From assembly GCA_040755995.1 (NCBI GenBank), contig JBFMAF010000035.1:160001-224000 (forward strand): 64,000 bases of DNA, read 5' to 3'. Position numbers and translations under genes: made by a program. Position 1 is the stretch's first letter; the number at the start of each line of letters is the position of its first letter. Shown here one piece after another: positions 48,274 to 57,800 of this stretch. Below the pieces are notes generated by a model, which worked only from the letters and a program-made list of their open reading frames with translations, was not told the DNA's origin and did no database searches. The DNA is from Acidobacteriota bacterium. GTDB lineage: Bacteria > Acidobacteriota > CAIWXX01.

Positions 48274-48345
48274 CGGGGCCTCCTTTCACTCTGTCGCTCA
48301 GCCTTGCCATTCGAACTCCCTCCGATCGCTCTCGATGACATGGGA

Positions 48346-48361
48346 TGCAACAGCGATGCCA
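48346..48361 (-). promoter_or_regulatory. Sigma-54 (-24/-12) promoter for the small protein/SPFH operon
   Basis: Minus strand reads TGGCATCGCTGTTGCA (GG-N10-GC, one mismatch to TGGCAC-N5-TTGCW). Confidence 0.75.
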
Positions 48362-48606
48362 CCGTCATCCCGGCGCGCAGTCAGTGAGTTAGGGGCCTGA
48401 TGTGTGCGCCCGGCCACGCGGCTGTGTCAGGCTTGACTCGGACGCGTTGGCCCACATCGGGGCGTACGGTGTGCGCCCCATGGCCGAGAGAGGTGCACCG
48501 CCCCGGGCCAACGAGCGGGGCAAACCGAATGAACAAACCGACCGCCGGAGGCGTATAGGTGTTTGAGCGGCAGATGGACGCGAGTTTCTGGCAGGAGGTT
48601 GTGCAA

Positions 48607-49689
48607 GTGATCAAGAGACATCGCCTGATGGTCGGTTTGATTGTGCTGCTGATAGCAGCTGTGGGAGTGTTCTTCGCTCTGAGGTACTCACAGGCCGCAT
48701 CGGCATCTACCAAGGGGAACTCAGAGAAGGGCGCAGCGCAGGAGAAGAGGCTGCCGGTGGAGGTCGTCAATGCAAAGCGGGGCACGATCAGCAGCTCCAT
48801 CGTGACTACGGCGAGCCTCGAGGCGTACCGCCAGGTAACGATGATTGCGGAGGCCCAAGGGGTGGTCGAGGAATTCCTTGTGGACGAAGGCAACGCAGTC
48901 AGAGAGGGGCAGGTGCTGGCCCGGTTGCGCAATGCGGACAAGCAGGCGGCTCTGCAGAAGGCCGAGATCCATGTGCGGAATGCGAAGATCGAGCTCGATC
49001 GCAAGCAGCGCTCGTACGATCAGAGCCTCATCACGGCGGCGGAATTTGACGCTGCCAGGTACGCCATGGACACGGCCGAGGCAGAGCTGAAGGCGGCGCA
49101 GGTGGAAGTCGACCACTGCATGATCCGGGCGCCGTTCTCGGGCACGATCACTGAGCGCTACATCGAGAAGGGACAGAACGTGAATCCCGGCCAGAACCTC
49201 TTCACGCTCGTCGATCGCACTCCCTTGCGGGCCAGAATCTACCTGCCGGAGAAGGAAGTGTTCGCCCTCAAGCTCGACCAGCCCGTGGACCTGTCGCTGA
49301 ATTCGCAGAAAGATGTCGCCTTCAAGGGCGTGATCCGGCAGATAAACCCGGCCGTGGATCCCAGGACCGGAACCGTGAAGGTGACGGTGGAGATCGCGCA
49401 GGCTCCGGAGCAGATTCGCCCCGGCTCGTTCGTGGATGTGCAGCTCGTCACGCAGCAGCACACCGATTCGCTGCTCGTGCCGAAGAAAGCCATTCTGGAA
49501 GAGGCAGGCGAGCAGTACCTGTTCTTGATCAACAAGGGAGTCGCGACGCGGAAGACGGTCGAGATCGGCTTTGTCAATGGCCAGTATGCCGAGGTGCTCT
49601 CGGGGGTGAACGCCGGCGACACGGTCGTGATCGCCGGGCAGGGCTCGCTGCGCGACGGCAGCAAGACCGAGACCGTGGCGACCCGTTGA
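48607..49689 (+). CDS. RND efflux periplasmic adaptor (MFP)
   Basis: N-terminal TM, VDEGNAVREGQVLA, IRAPFSG, VDPRTGTVKV, RPGSF; start placed after a GGAGG RBS. Confidence 0.93.
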   Translation: MIKRHRLMVGLIVLLIAAVGVFFALRYSQAASASTKGNSEKGAAQEKRLPVEVVNAKRGTISSSIVTTASLEAYRQVTMIAEAQGVVEEFLVDEGNAVREGQVLARLRNADKQAALQKAEIHVRNAKIELDRKQRSYDQSLITAAEFDAARYAMDTAEAELKAAQVEVDHCMIRAPFSGTITERYIEKGQNVNPGQNLFTLVDRTPLRARIYLPEKEVFALKLDQPVDLSLNSQKDVAFKGVIRQINPAVDPRTGTVKVTVEIAQAPEQIRPGSFVDVQLVTQQHTDSLLVPKKAILEEAGEQYLFLINKGVATRKTVEIGFVNGQYAEVLSGVNAGDTVVIAGQGSLRDGSKTETVATR

Positions 49690-49699
49690 GGCGCCTCCC

Positions 49700-52600
49700 A
49701 TGAAGATTGCCGAGATCTCCATCCGGCGCCCGGTCACGGTCGGGATGATCACAGTCGCCGTCCTGATGTTCGGGCTGGTCGCCTTCGGGCGCCTGCCCCT
49801 CAACCTACTCCCCGACATCTCCTACCCGAGCCTCACGGTCGAAACCAAGTACTCGCAGGCCGCGCCCAACGAGGTCGAGAACCTGGTGACGAAGCCGATC
49901 GAAGAGGCGGTTGCCGTAGTGTCCGGGGTGCAGCGCATTACCAGCCGCTCGCGCGCCGGCGTTTCTGAAGTGATCATGGAGTTCGGCTGGGGCACCAACA
50001 TGGACTTCGCCTCCCTGGACGTCCGCGAGAAGATCGACCTGGTCCAGCTGCCGCGCGACTCCGAGAAGCCCAACGTGCTCCGCTTCGACCCGTCCAACGA
50101 CCCGATACTGCGGGTGATCTTGAGCGGCGGGTCGAACCTGGTCGAGCTGCGCCTGTTTGCGGACAAGACGATCAAGAAGGACCTCGAGTCGCTCGACGGC
50201 ATCGCAGCCGTGAAGATCAACGGAGGTCTCGAAGAGGAGATCCAGGTACACCTCGACGAGACCAGGGTCGCCCAGCTCGGACTTACCGTCGACGACGTCT
50301 CCAACACCCTGGCGCGCAACAACATCAACATCGCCGGCGGCAGCCTGTACGAGAACGAAGCCCGGTATCTTGTCCGCACGCTCAACGAGTTCCAGACCGT
50401 CGCCGAGCTCAACGACCTCATCGTCAGGGAAGACGGCGGCAAGCGAATACTCTTGAAGGACGTGGCATCGATCGAGCGCGGCACGAAGGAGCGCGAGGTT
50501 GTTACGCGGATCAACGGCCAGGAGGGGGTGGAGCTCGCGATCTTCAAGGAGGGCGATGCCAACACCGTGCAGGTGGCCAGGGCGGCCAAGGAGCGGTTGA
50601 ACGCCATCGAAAAGAGCACCGAGTCCTCCCAGAACAAGATCAACATGGACGTGATGTTCGATCAGTCAAAGTTCATCGAACAGGCGATCGGCGAGGTCCG
50701 CAGCAACGCGATCCTCGGCGGCTTCATCGCGGTGTTCATCCTGTTCTTCTTCCTGAAGGAGTTCCGATCGACCGTCATCATCGGCTTTTCAATCCCTCTC
50801 TCTATCATTGCCACCTTCTTCGTGATGTACCAGCTCGGCATCAAGCTCAACATCATGTCTCTCGGCGGGCTGGCCCTCGGCGTCGGGATGCTTGTCGACG
50901 ACGCGATCGTCGTGCTGGAGTCCGTCGTGCGCCACTACAAGATGGGGAAACCTCTGGCGATCGCCGCCTACGACGGCACCAAGGAAGTGGGCCTGGCCGT
51001 GACCGCCAGCACACTTACTACAGTCGTAGTGTTCTTGCCCATCTCCTTCATCGAAGGGATCGGCGGGCAGCTCTTCAAGGACCTGGCGGTGACCGTCACC
51101 GTCTCGCTGCTCGTGTCGATGATTTCAGCGTTCGCACTGATTCCGATGCTTTTTTCGCGCGGTGTCGAGCAGGCGCAGGCGAACCCGCGGCAATACCGCA
51201 ATCGGTGGAGTCGCGGCTTCTTCCAGACTGGGCCGGTAGCGGCGATGGGATTCATCCGGAGAGCGTCTGCCGGCGCAGGGGGTGTTTTCCAGAAGGTGAT
51301 ATCGCCCGTCGTGCGGCTGATCGATTCGGGGCTGGGTATGTTCTACCGGAGGTATCCGGCTGTGCTGAGGAGCGCGCTGCGCCACCGGCTGACGGTGCTG
51401 GGGGCGGCCCTGGCGCTGGTGGTGCTCTCGGTGGCGCTCCTCGGGAGGCTCGGTGTCGAGCTGATCCCGCCGATCAGCCAGGGGGAGTTCAGCTTCGAGG
51501 TCAGCCTGCCGGAGGGAACGCCGCTCCCCCGGACCGAGGCCACGATGAAGAGCATCGAGGCCAAGGTGCGCGCTCTGCCCGAGGTGGATACCTGCATGAT
51601 CCTGGTCGGCCGGAACGCCAACGTGAGCTGGACGTCGGCCGAGTCCTACGAGAACTCGGCGGTCGTCAACATCAAGGTGAAGGGCGCGAAGGACATGAAG
51701 GTTGCCGAGAACCAGGCGGCAGACGATATCCGCGGGATTCTGGAACGGTATCCCGATCTGCAGTACAAGCTGCAGCGTCCGAGCCTCTTCAGCTTCCGCA
51801 CGCCGATCGAGGTCGAAGTGTACGGCGACGAGCTGGGAGCGACGAGCGCTGCCGCGCGGACGCTGGAAGGCAAGCTGAAGAACATCGCGGGGCTGACCGA
51901 CCTGAAGTCGAGCTGGGAAGAGGGCTCGCCCGAGGCGCACGTGGTTTTCAACCGCGACCAGCTTTCGCGGTACAACCTCAACCTCGAAGACGTGGCCACC
52001 ACGCTCAAGAACAAGGTGATGGGGGCGGTGGCGAGCGCGTTCCGCCAGGGGGATGACCAGATCGACATCCGTGTTTGGAACGCCGCTCAGTACCGGAGCT
52101 CGATCGAGGACCTGCAGAACATGACCATCGCGGAGATCAACGGACGGCCGGTGCCGCTCAGCGCGGTGGCATCGGTCCAGAGCGGGCGGGGACCGAACGA
52201 GATCCGGCGCATCAATCAGAAGCGCGCGATCGTGGTGTCGGCCAACCTGAGCGGGGCGAGCCTGGGCAGGGTCTCGCGCGAGATCGAGCAGGTCATACAG
52301 TCTGCCGACATGCCGTCGAAGGTGACAGCGGTGCTGGGCGGGCAGAACGAGGAACTGCAGCGCTCGTTCCGCTCGCTCTATCTGGTAGCCGGGCTCTCGA
52401 TATTTCTCGTCTACTTCGTCATGGCCGCTCAATTCGAGTCGCTCAAACAGCCGTTCATCCTGATGTTCACGGTGCCGCTCGCGGTGATCGGAATCGCGTG
52501 GATCTTGTGGGTAACGCGAGTTGACATCAGCGTCATCGTCTTCATGGGATTCATCGTCCTGGCGGGGATCGTCGTCAAGAACGGGATCATCCTCGTGGAC

Positions 52601-52927
52601 TACATCAACCGAGGTCGCAGGCAGGGGCTGTCGATGCTGGACGCGATGATCGAAGCCGGCAAGGTGCGTATCCGGCCGATTCTGATGACCACGGCCACCA
52701 CGCTTCTGGGGCTGCTGCCTATGGCGTTCAGCTCCGGAGAGGGCTCGGAGATCCGGGCGCCGCTGGCTATCACTGTCATCGGCGGCCTGACCGTCTCCAC
52801 CATCCTCACTATGATCATCATTCCGATTCTCTACAGCCTCACCGAACGTGAGGTTCCCGTGCCGGCGGCTGAGGTGGAGCAGGCATTGGAGAAGACCAGT
52901 CCTGTGATCCGGGCGCAGGAGGTGTAG
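49700..52927 (+). CDS. RND efflux permease (AcrB/MdtB-like), subunit 1
   Basis: IRRPVT, LLPDISYP, LNIMSLGGLALGVGMLVDDAIVV, GIVVKNGI, RIRPILMT. Confidence 0.95.
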   Translation: MKIAEISIRRPVTVGMITVAVLMFGLVAFGRLPLNLLPDISYPSLTVETKYSQAAPNEVENLVTKPIEEAVAVVSGVQRITSRSRAGVSEVIMEFGWGTNMDFASLDVREKIDLVQLPRDSEKPNVLRFDPSNDPILRVILSGGSNLVELRLFADKTIKKDLESLDGIAAVKINGGLEEEIQVHLDETRVAQLGLTVDDVSNTLARNNINIAGGSLYENEARYLVRTLNEFQTVAELNDLIVREDGGKRILLKDVASIERGTKEREVVTRINGQEGVELAIFKEGDANTVQVARAAKERLNAIEKSTESSQNKINMDVMFDQSKFIEQAIGEVRSNAILGGFIAVFILFFFLKEFRSTVIIGFSIPLSIIATFFVMYQLGIKLNIMSLGGLALGVGMLVDDAIVVLESVVRHYKMGKPLAIAAYDGTKEVGLAVTASTLTTVVVFLPISFIEGIGGQLFKDLAVTVTVSLLVSMISAFALIPMLFSRGVEQAQANPRQYRNRWSRGFFQTGPVAAMGFIRRASAGAGGVFQKVISPVVRLIDSGLGMFYRRYPAVLRSALRHRLTVLGAALALVVLSVALLGRLGVELIPPISQGEFSFEVSLPEGTPLPRTEATMKSIEAKVRALPEVDTCMILVGRNANVSWTSAESYENSAVVNIKVKGAKDMKVAENQAADDIRGILERYPDLQYKLQRPSLFSFRTPIEVEVYGDELGATSAAARTLEGKLKNIAGLTDLKSSWEEGSPEAHVVFNRDQLSRYNLNLEDVATTLKNKVMGAVASAFRQGDDQIDIRVWNAAQYRSSIEDLQNMTIAEINGRPVPLSAVASVQSGRGPNEIRRINQKRAIVVSANLSGASLGRVSREIEQVIQSADMPSKVTAVLGGQNEELQRSFRSLYLVAGLSIFLVYFVMAAQFESLKQPFILMFTVPLAVIGIAWILWVTRVDISVIVFMGFIVLAGIVVKNGIILVDYINRGRRQGLSMLDAMIEAGKVRIRPILMTTATTLLGLLPMAFSSGEGSEIRAPLAITVIGGLTVSTILTMIIIPILYSLTEREVPVPAAEVEQALEKTSPVIRAQEV

Positions 52928-52929
52928 TC

Positions 52930-55900
52930 GTGAGCCTCTCGAAGATAGCGATCCACCGCCCGATCACGACGCTGGTGTTTCTGACCAGCATAATGGTGAT
53001 CGGCGCGATTGCCGCCACCCGGATGAAGCTGGCGTACTTCCCGGACCTGGAGGCCCCGTTCATCCAGATCTTCGTCCCATACCCCAACTCGAGTCCCTCC
53101 CAGATCGAGAAGAACATCATCAAGCCGATCGAGGAGACGCTGGCGACGCTGTCCGGCATCAAGACCATGAATTCGACCGCGACTGCCGATGGGGCGTCGA
53201 TCAACCTGGAGTTCGATTGGGGGAAGAAGCTGGACTATATCCGCACAGAGGTGGACCAGAAGATCGAGCTTGTCAGAAAGGACCTCCCGGCCGACGTCGA
53301 ACGGATCAACGTCTTCAATTTCAGTACCAGCGACATCCCGGTGGTGCAGGCGCGCATCTCGGCACCGGGCGTCGATCTGGCCGGCAACTACGATCTGTTG
53401 GAGAAGCACGTGAAGGTGCCGATTCAGCGGATTCCGGGCGTGGCGAAGGTGGAGCTCGACGGCGTGCTTCCGAAAGCCGTGTATGTCGATCTGATCCTGG
53501 ACAAGCTGCGCGAGCACAATGTGGATGTCGGCCGTCTCGTCGACCGCCTGCAGAGAAACAACATCAACGTCAGCGTCGGGAAGGTGCGCAACGAGGACAG
53601 CGTCATCACCGTGCGCGCCCTCGGCTCGTTCTCAGACCTGCGGGCCATCGAAGCGATGCCGATCAATGACCAGGGGCTTCGCCTCCAGGACATCGCCGAG
53701 GTCACCTACCAGGAGCCCGCGATCGAGTACGGCCGCCATCTGAACCATTCATATGCGGTTGCCGTCCAGGTATTCAAGGAACCGACTGCGAACACCGTGG
53801 AAGTGGCTACGCAGGTGACCCACCTGATCAAGAACGTCTTCCCGAATGATCCGTACCTGCGGGGCATCAGCATGTTCGTCTTCGAGGATCAGGCGGCGGA
53901 GATCAAGAACGGGCTGAGCGGCATCACGGACGGCGGGCTATGGGGCGGGCTGTTCGCGATAATCATCCTGTTCGTCTTTCTCCGGCGGGTCGACATGACG
54001 CTGGTCGTCAGCACCGCCATCCCGATATCGATTTTGTGCGGCACGGCGTTCCTGTACTACTTCGGCTACACGCTCAACGTGATGTCCATGATGGGTCTGA
54101 TGCTCTCGGTGGGCATGCTCGTGGATGACGCGATCGTGGTGCTGGAGTCCATCTACAAGTGCCGCCAGGAAGGGCTCAACCGGATCGAGTCGGCCGAGAG
54201 AGGCACGAGGACCGTGGGACTTGCGGTGACGACTTCGACACTGACAACCATCATCGTCTTCCTCCCCCTCATCGTAGGGAAGAAGACGAACATCACCATC
54301 TTCCTGGCCGAGATCGGCGTCTCCATCACGATCACGATCCTCTGCTCGCTCGTTGTGTCTCTGACGCTGATCCCGCTGGTGACATCACGGTACCTGAAGG
54401 AGCACAAGGTCGAAGACGCGGGCTGGATCAGGTGGCTGAAGCGCTACTACCAGGCGGCACTCCGTTGGACGTTCCGGCATCGCTGGGCGACCGCCGGACT
54501 GGGGTGCCTGTTGGTGGTGAGCGCGATCCTGCCGAACATGCTCGGCCTGCAGACCGGAGTCTTTGCCGGCACCAACAACAAGCGCCAGCAGCTCATCTAC
54601 GATTTCTCGGATTTCACGTACAAGAGCGATGTCGAGAAGGTGGTGTCGAAGGCCGAGTCCTTCCTGGACACGCAGAACACGAAGGAGCTGCCGTTCGAAT
54701 CCGTGTATAGCTACTTCACAGACAGCGAGGCGTTCACAATCGTCACCTTCGCCAGGGACGATGTATCGGACGACGAGGCCAAGGCGTTCCGCAAGCGCAT
54801 TCGCGACACTATGCCCAAGTTCGGCGGCGTGAAGACCTACTTCGAGGATGAGAGCCAGGAGTCCGGAGGAGGCTCGACGTTCTTCTCGTTGTACCTGTAC
54901 GGCGAGGACCTGGAGCACCTCAAGAAGGTGGCGCGCGAGGCGGAGGTGCCCGTGGCGAGGGTCAAGGGTGTGGAGGACGTGCGGGTCGATGCGAACACCG
55001 GGCGCAAGGAAGTGCAGATGGTGCTGAATCGCGAGAAGGCCATGAAGGCGGGCATCACGCCCCAGGAGCTCGCGCAGATCATGATGTTCTGCCTCGGCGG
55101 CCAGCGCCTCCACCGGTACGTCACCCCGGAGAAAGAGATCGACATGATCCTGGGGCTGAGGGTCGAGGACCGCGAGAACATCGAGGACCTGAAGAACCTC
55201 CAGATCGGCACGCCGAGCGGACCGATCCAGCTCAGGTCCATCGTCGACTTTAACACGGTGGCCGGACAAAACCAGATCCAGCGGCAGAATCGCAAGAACT
55301 TCCTCTCGGTTCGAGCGGTTTACGAGGGGAAGGACTGGGACAAGGCCCGGGAAGAGATTGCCGGGGTCATGAATGCAGTCAATCTTCCACCGGGCTACTC
55401 CTGGAGCTTCGACAGGCGAGTGCAGAGGAGCGACGAGGACAACAAGATCATGATGGTCAATTTCGCGCTGGCGCTGGCGCTCGTCTACATCGTCATGGCC
55501 GCGCTGTTCGAATCGCTGGTCCACCCGGTGGCGATCATCATCTCGATTCCATTTGCCCTCATCGGCGTGCTCTGGCTGCTGCTTCTGACCGGCGCCCCGT
55601 TCAATCTGATGGCGCAGATCGGGCTGCTGATCCTGATGGGGGTCGTGGTGCGCAACGGAATCGTGCTGGTCGAACGGGTGCATCAGCTGCGTGAGGCCGG
55701 CCTGACGCGCGAACAGGCGCTGTTGCAGGCGGGCGACGACCGGCTGCGGCCGATCATCATGACCGCCGCCACCACGATCCTCGGCCTGGTGCCGTTGGCG
55801 CTCGGGCGCAGCGCACTGCTAGGGCTGAGCTACTACCCGCTGGCGCGCGCCGTAATCGGCGGCCTCACTGCGTCCACCGTGCTGACGCTCATCGTGCTGC

Positions 55901-56016
55901 CGTTCGTCTACACGCTCTTCGACGATGCCGCCGCCTGGGCCCGCCGCGTCTGGCTGCTCTCGCGCCCGGCGCAACCCGCGGCGGTTGCGGCGGAGCTGCC
56001 CATCGACAGGCCGTAA
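52930..56016 (+). CDS. RND efflux permease, subunit 2
   Basis: IHRPIT, LNVMSMMGLMLSVGMLVDDAIVV, GVVVRNGI, RLRPIIMT. Confidence 0.95.
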   Translation: MSLSKIAIHRPITTLVFLTSIMVIGAIAATRMKLAYFPDLEAPFIQIFVPYPNSSPSQIEKNIIKPIEETLATLSGIKTMNSTATADGASINLEFDWGKKLDYIRTEVDQKIELVRKDLPADVERINVFNFSTSDIPVVQARISAPGVDLAGNYDLLEKHVKVPIQRIPGVAKVELDGVLPKAVYVDLILDKLREHNVDVGRLVDRLQRNNINVSVGKVRNEDSVITVRALGSFSDLRAIEAMPINDQGLRLQDIAEVTYQEPAIEYGRHLNHSYAVAVQVFKEPTANTVEVATQVTHLIKNVFPNDPYLRGISMFVFEDQAAEIKNGLSGITDGGLWGGLFAIIILFVFLRRVDMTLVVSTAIPISILCGTAFLYYFGYTLNVMSMMGLMLSVGMLVDDAIVVLESIYKCRQEGLNRIESAERGTRTVGLAVTTSTLTTIIVFLPLIVGKKTNITIFLAEIGVSITITILCSLVVSLTLIPLVTSRYLKEHKVEDAGWIRWLKRYYQAALRWTFRHRWATAGLGCLLVVSAILPNMLGLQTGVFAGTNNKRQQLIYDFSDFTYKSDVEKVVSKAESFLDTQNTKELPFESVYSYFTDSEAFTIVTFARDDVSDDEAKAFRKRIRDTMPKFGGVKTYFEDESQESGGGSTFFSLYLYGEDLEHLKKVAREAEVPVARVKGVEDVRVDANTGRKEVQMVLNREKAMKAGITPQELAQIMMFCLGGQRLHRYVTPEKEIDMILGLRVEDRENIEDLKNLQIGTPSGPIQLRSIVDFNTVAGQNQIQRQNRKNFLSVRAVYEGKDWDKAREEIAGVMNAVNLPPGYSWSFDRRVQRSDEDNKIMMVNFALALALVYIVMAALFESLVHPVAIIISIPFALIGVLWLLLLTGAPFNLMAQIGLLILMGVVVRNGIVLVERVHQLREAGLTREQALLQAGDDRLRPIIMTAATTILGLVPLALGRSALLGLSYYPLARAVIGGLTASTVLTLIVLPFVYTLFDDAAAWARRVWLLSRPAQPAAVAAELPIDRP

Positions 56017-56166
56017 CGGCGTAGGCGTTGGGTGGTGCCAGGGCGCGTGTGCCCGGGCCGTAGCGGTTTGCTGCGTGCACTCTGTGATGGCCGCCAGTCT
56101 AGATCTGGCCGAGCCGTAGGAATGTGTGCTATGTTTGGCATGAGGGAAAGGACGAGGAGCACCAGG

Positions 56167-56397
56167 ATGAACGCGCACATTGTCGAAGTCACGCAGGCCC
56201 AGGGACACCTCGACGACTTGGTTGACGAGGCCGTCAAGGGGATTGAGGTTGTCATCAGCCGGGCAGGACTCCCAGTGGCCAAGCTTGTTCCGTTCGTGAG
56301 TGCGGCCAAGGCACGACAGTTTGGGAGCGCGCGGGGTCTGCTAACCATCAGCGAGGATTTCGGAGCTCCGATCGAGGATTTTCGCGGCTACGTCTGA
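56167..56397 (+). CDS. Phd/YefM family antitoxin
   Basis: AQGHLDDLVDEAVKGIEVVISRAGLPVAKLVP...RQFGSARG...EDF; upstream of a PIN gene. Confidence 0.88.
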   Translation: MNAHIVEVTQAQGHLDDLVDEAVKGIEVVISRAGLPVAKLVPFVSAAKARQFGSARGLLTISEDFGAPIEDFRGYV

Positions 56398-56409
56398 TCG
56401 AGGCCCTCC

Positions 56410-56796
56410 TTGAAAGCGCTACTGGACACCGAGGCATTCCTCTGGTTTCTGAGTGGGGATCCCCGCCTCAGCGCCTCTGCGCGCGGGATAATCGAGAAGC
56501 CAGAGAACGATATTCTGCTCAGCATAGCCAGCATCTGGGAGATTGCCATCAAGATGAGCATCGGCAAGCTGAATCTCTCCAGTCCTATCGACGAGTTCAT
56601 CCCTCAGCAACTCGCTCTCCAACACATCGGAGTGCTGAATCTCGAACTGCCACACGTCCTCCGCGTCGCGACACTACCGTTCCATCACCGCGACCCCTTC
56701 GACAGGATCCTGGTCGCTCAGGCACTCACCGAGAACCTGTCGATCGTATGCTCGGATGCAGCGTTCGACGCATATGGTGTCGGCAGGCTGTGGTGA
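56410..56796 (+). CDS. vapC: VapC/PIN family toxin
   Basis: LLDTEAFLW, SIASIWEIAIK, HHRDPFDRILVAQA, SDAAFDAY. Confidence 0.92.
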   Translation: MKALLDTEAFLWFLSGDPRLSASARGIIEKPENDILLSIASIWEIAIKMSIGKLNLSSPIDEFIPQQLALQHIGVLNLELPHVLRVATLPFHHRDPFDRILVAQALTENLSIVCSDAAFDAYGVGRLW

Positions 56797-56960
56797 TTCT
56801 CGCTGTTCGACCGACTGGGCGACTTCAGCTTCCGCAGGCCGACGGAGGTCATTGCTCTCCCCGGAGCCCCTGCCGGGCTTGTCTGATTCCTATTACCTGT
56901 AGCCCCACTCACAGGTTCTGACGGGAGAGCTCTGCCCGCCTTCCCGCCTTCCAGGGACAC

Positions 56961-56989
56961 TTGACATCAAGGCACGTCAGCCCTACAGT
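56961..56989 (+). promoter_or_regulatory. Sigma-70 promoter
   Basis: TTGACA-17 nt-TACAGT. Confidence 0.7.
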
Positions 56990-56990
56990 C

Positions 56991-57118
56991 GAGCCGTGAT
57001 CCACTGCCAATCACAGCAGGTTCGTGGTCAAGCGGGGACACGATTCTCATGCCGCGTAAACGACCTGAGACGGCGGGTCGGGCACCACGGCTCACTCGCC
57101 GGCAGGGGGTGATCCGTG
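56991..57118 (+). ncRNA. Candidate structured cis-regulatory leader RNA (family not recognised)
   Basis: Nested stems GAGCCGTG/CACGGCTC, CTGCC/GGCGG, CAGGTTCGT/ACGACCTG, GCGG/CCGC; alternative stem 57086-57095 with 57109-57118 covers the start codon. Confidence 0.45.
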
Positions 57119-57800
57119 TCTAGACGTGCCAGATGGCACCGGGCTTTTCGACCGAGCCGAAATGACCGCCGCGATGGACGGAATCAGAACGACTTGTTCC
57201 TCTGGGATGAGGCGCTGTACGCCGGGAGGATCATCGAACGCAAAACACTCGACCGTGCCTTCACACCGTTCAAGTTCAACGACGGCACGGAAGGGGGCGC
57301 CGCATGCGGGTGGGGTGTTAGCCAGCTGCGCGGCCACCGCGCGCTGATCCATGTCGGCGGAATGCCGGGCTTCTGGTGCTATGGGCTGACGATGCCTGAG
57401 GAGCGCGTGTTCGTGGTGATCCTCTCGAATGGGCCGGGTCGACCCCCAGGGCCGTCGAACCTCGCCGCTCAGCTTGCTGCGAACGCGTTGGGTGAGCCGT
57501 ATGAGGCGCCCCACCCGGTGGAGTTGAGCGAAAGCCTGCTGGGAGCGTTGGCCGGCAAGTACCAGGTGGAGTCGGAACACGACCAGCAGGAGTTGGAGAT
57601 ACGGCTGGAAGGCCCCCGTGTGATACTCCTGGGGCTGGGACCGAAAACGATGGAACTCCTGCCGCTGTCGGAGACTGAACTCTACGTGAAGGAACGCTTC
57701 CCGACGCGAATCCTGGTCGTGAACTACGGGCGTGGCGGAGTTCACGCTGGACAGGCCGCTGGGACATCCCCTGACATTCACGAAGATCGGACAGAGGAAC
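57116..57800 (+). pseudogene. Internally deleted serine hydrolase (beta-lactamase class C-like) with DUF3471-like tail
   Basis: DLFLWDEAL, GWGV, IHVGGMPGF, PEERVFVVILSN, LAGKYQ; the catalytic SxxK half is missing and similarity is lost near 57720. Confidence 0.75.

Noticed and set aside
57125..57160. AAAAGCCCGG on the minus strand suggesting a ykkC/guanidine-I riboswitch
   Set aside because: The other conserved elements (CTAGGGTTCCG, GGGA before the A-run) are absent and there is no suitably oriented downstream gene.
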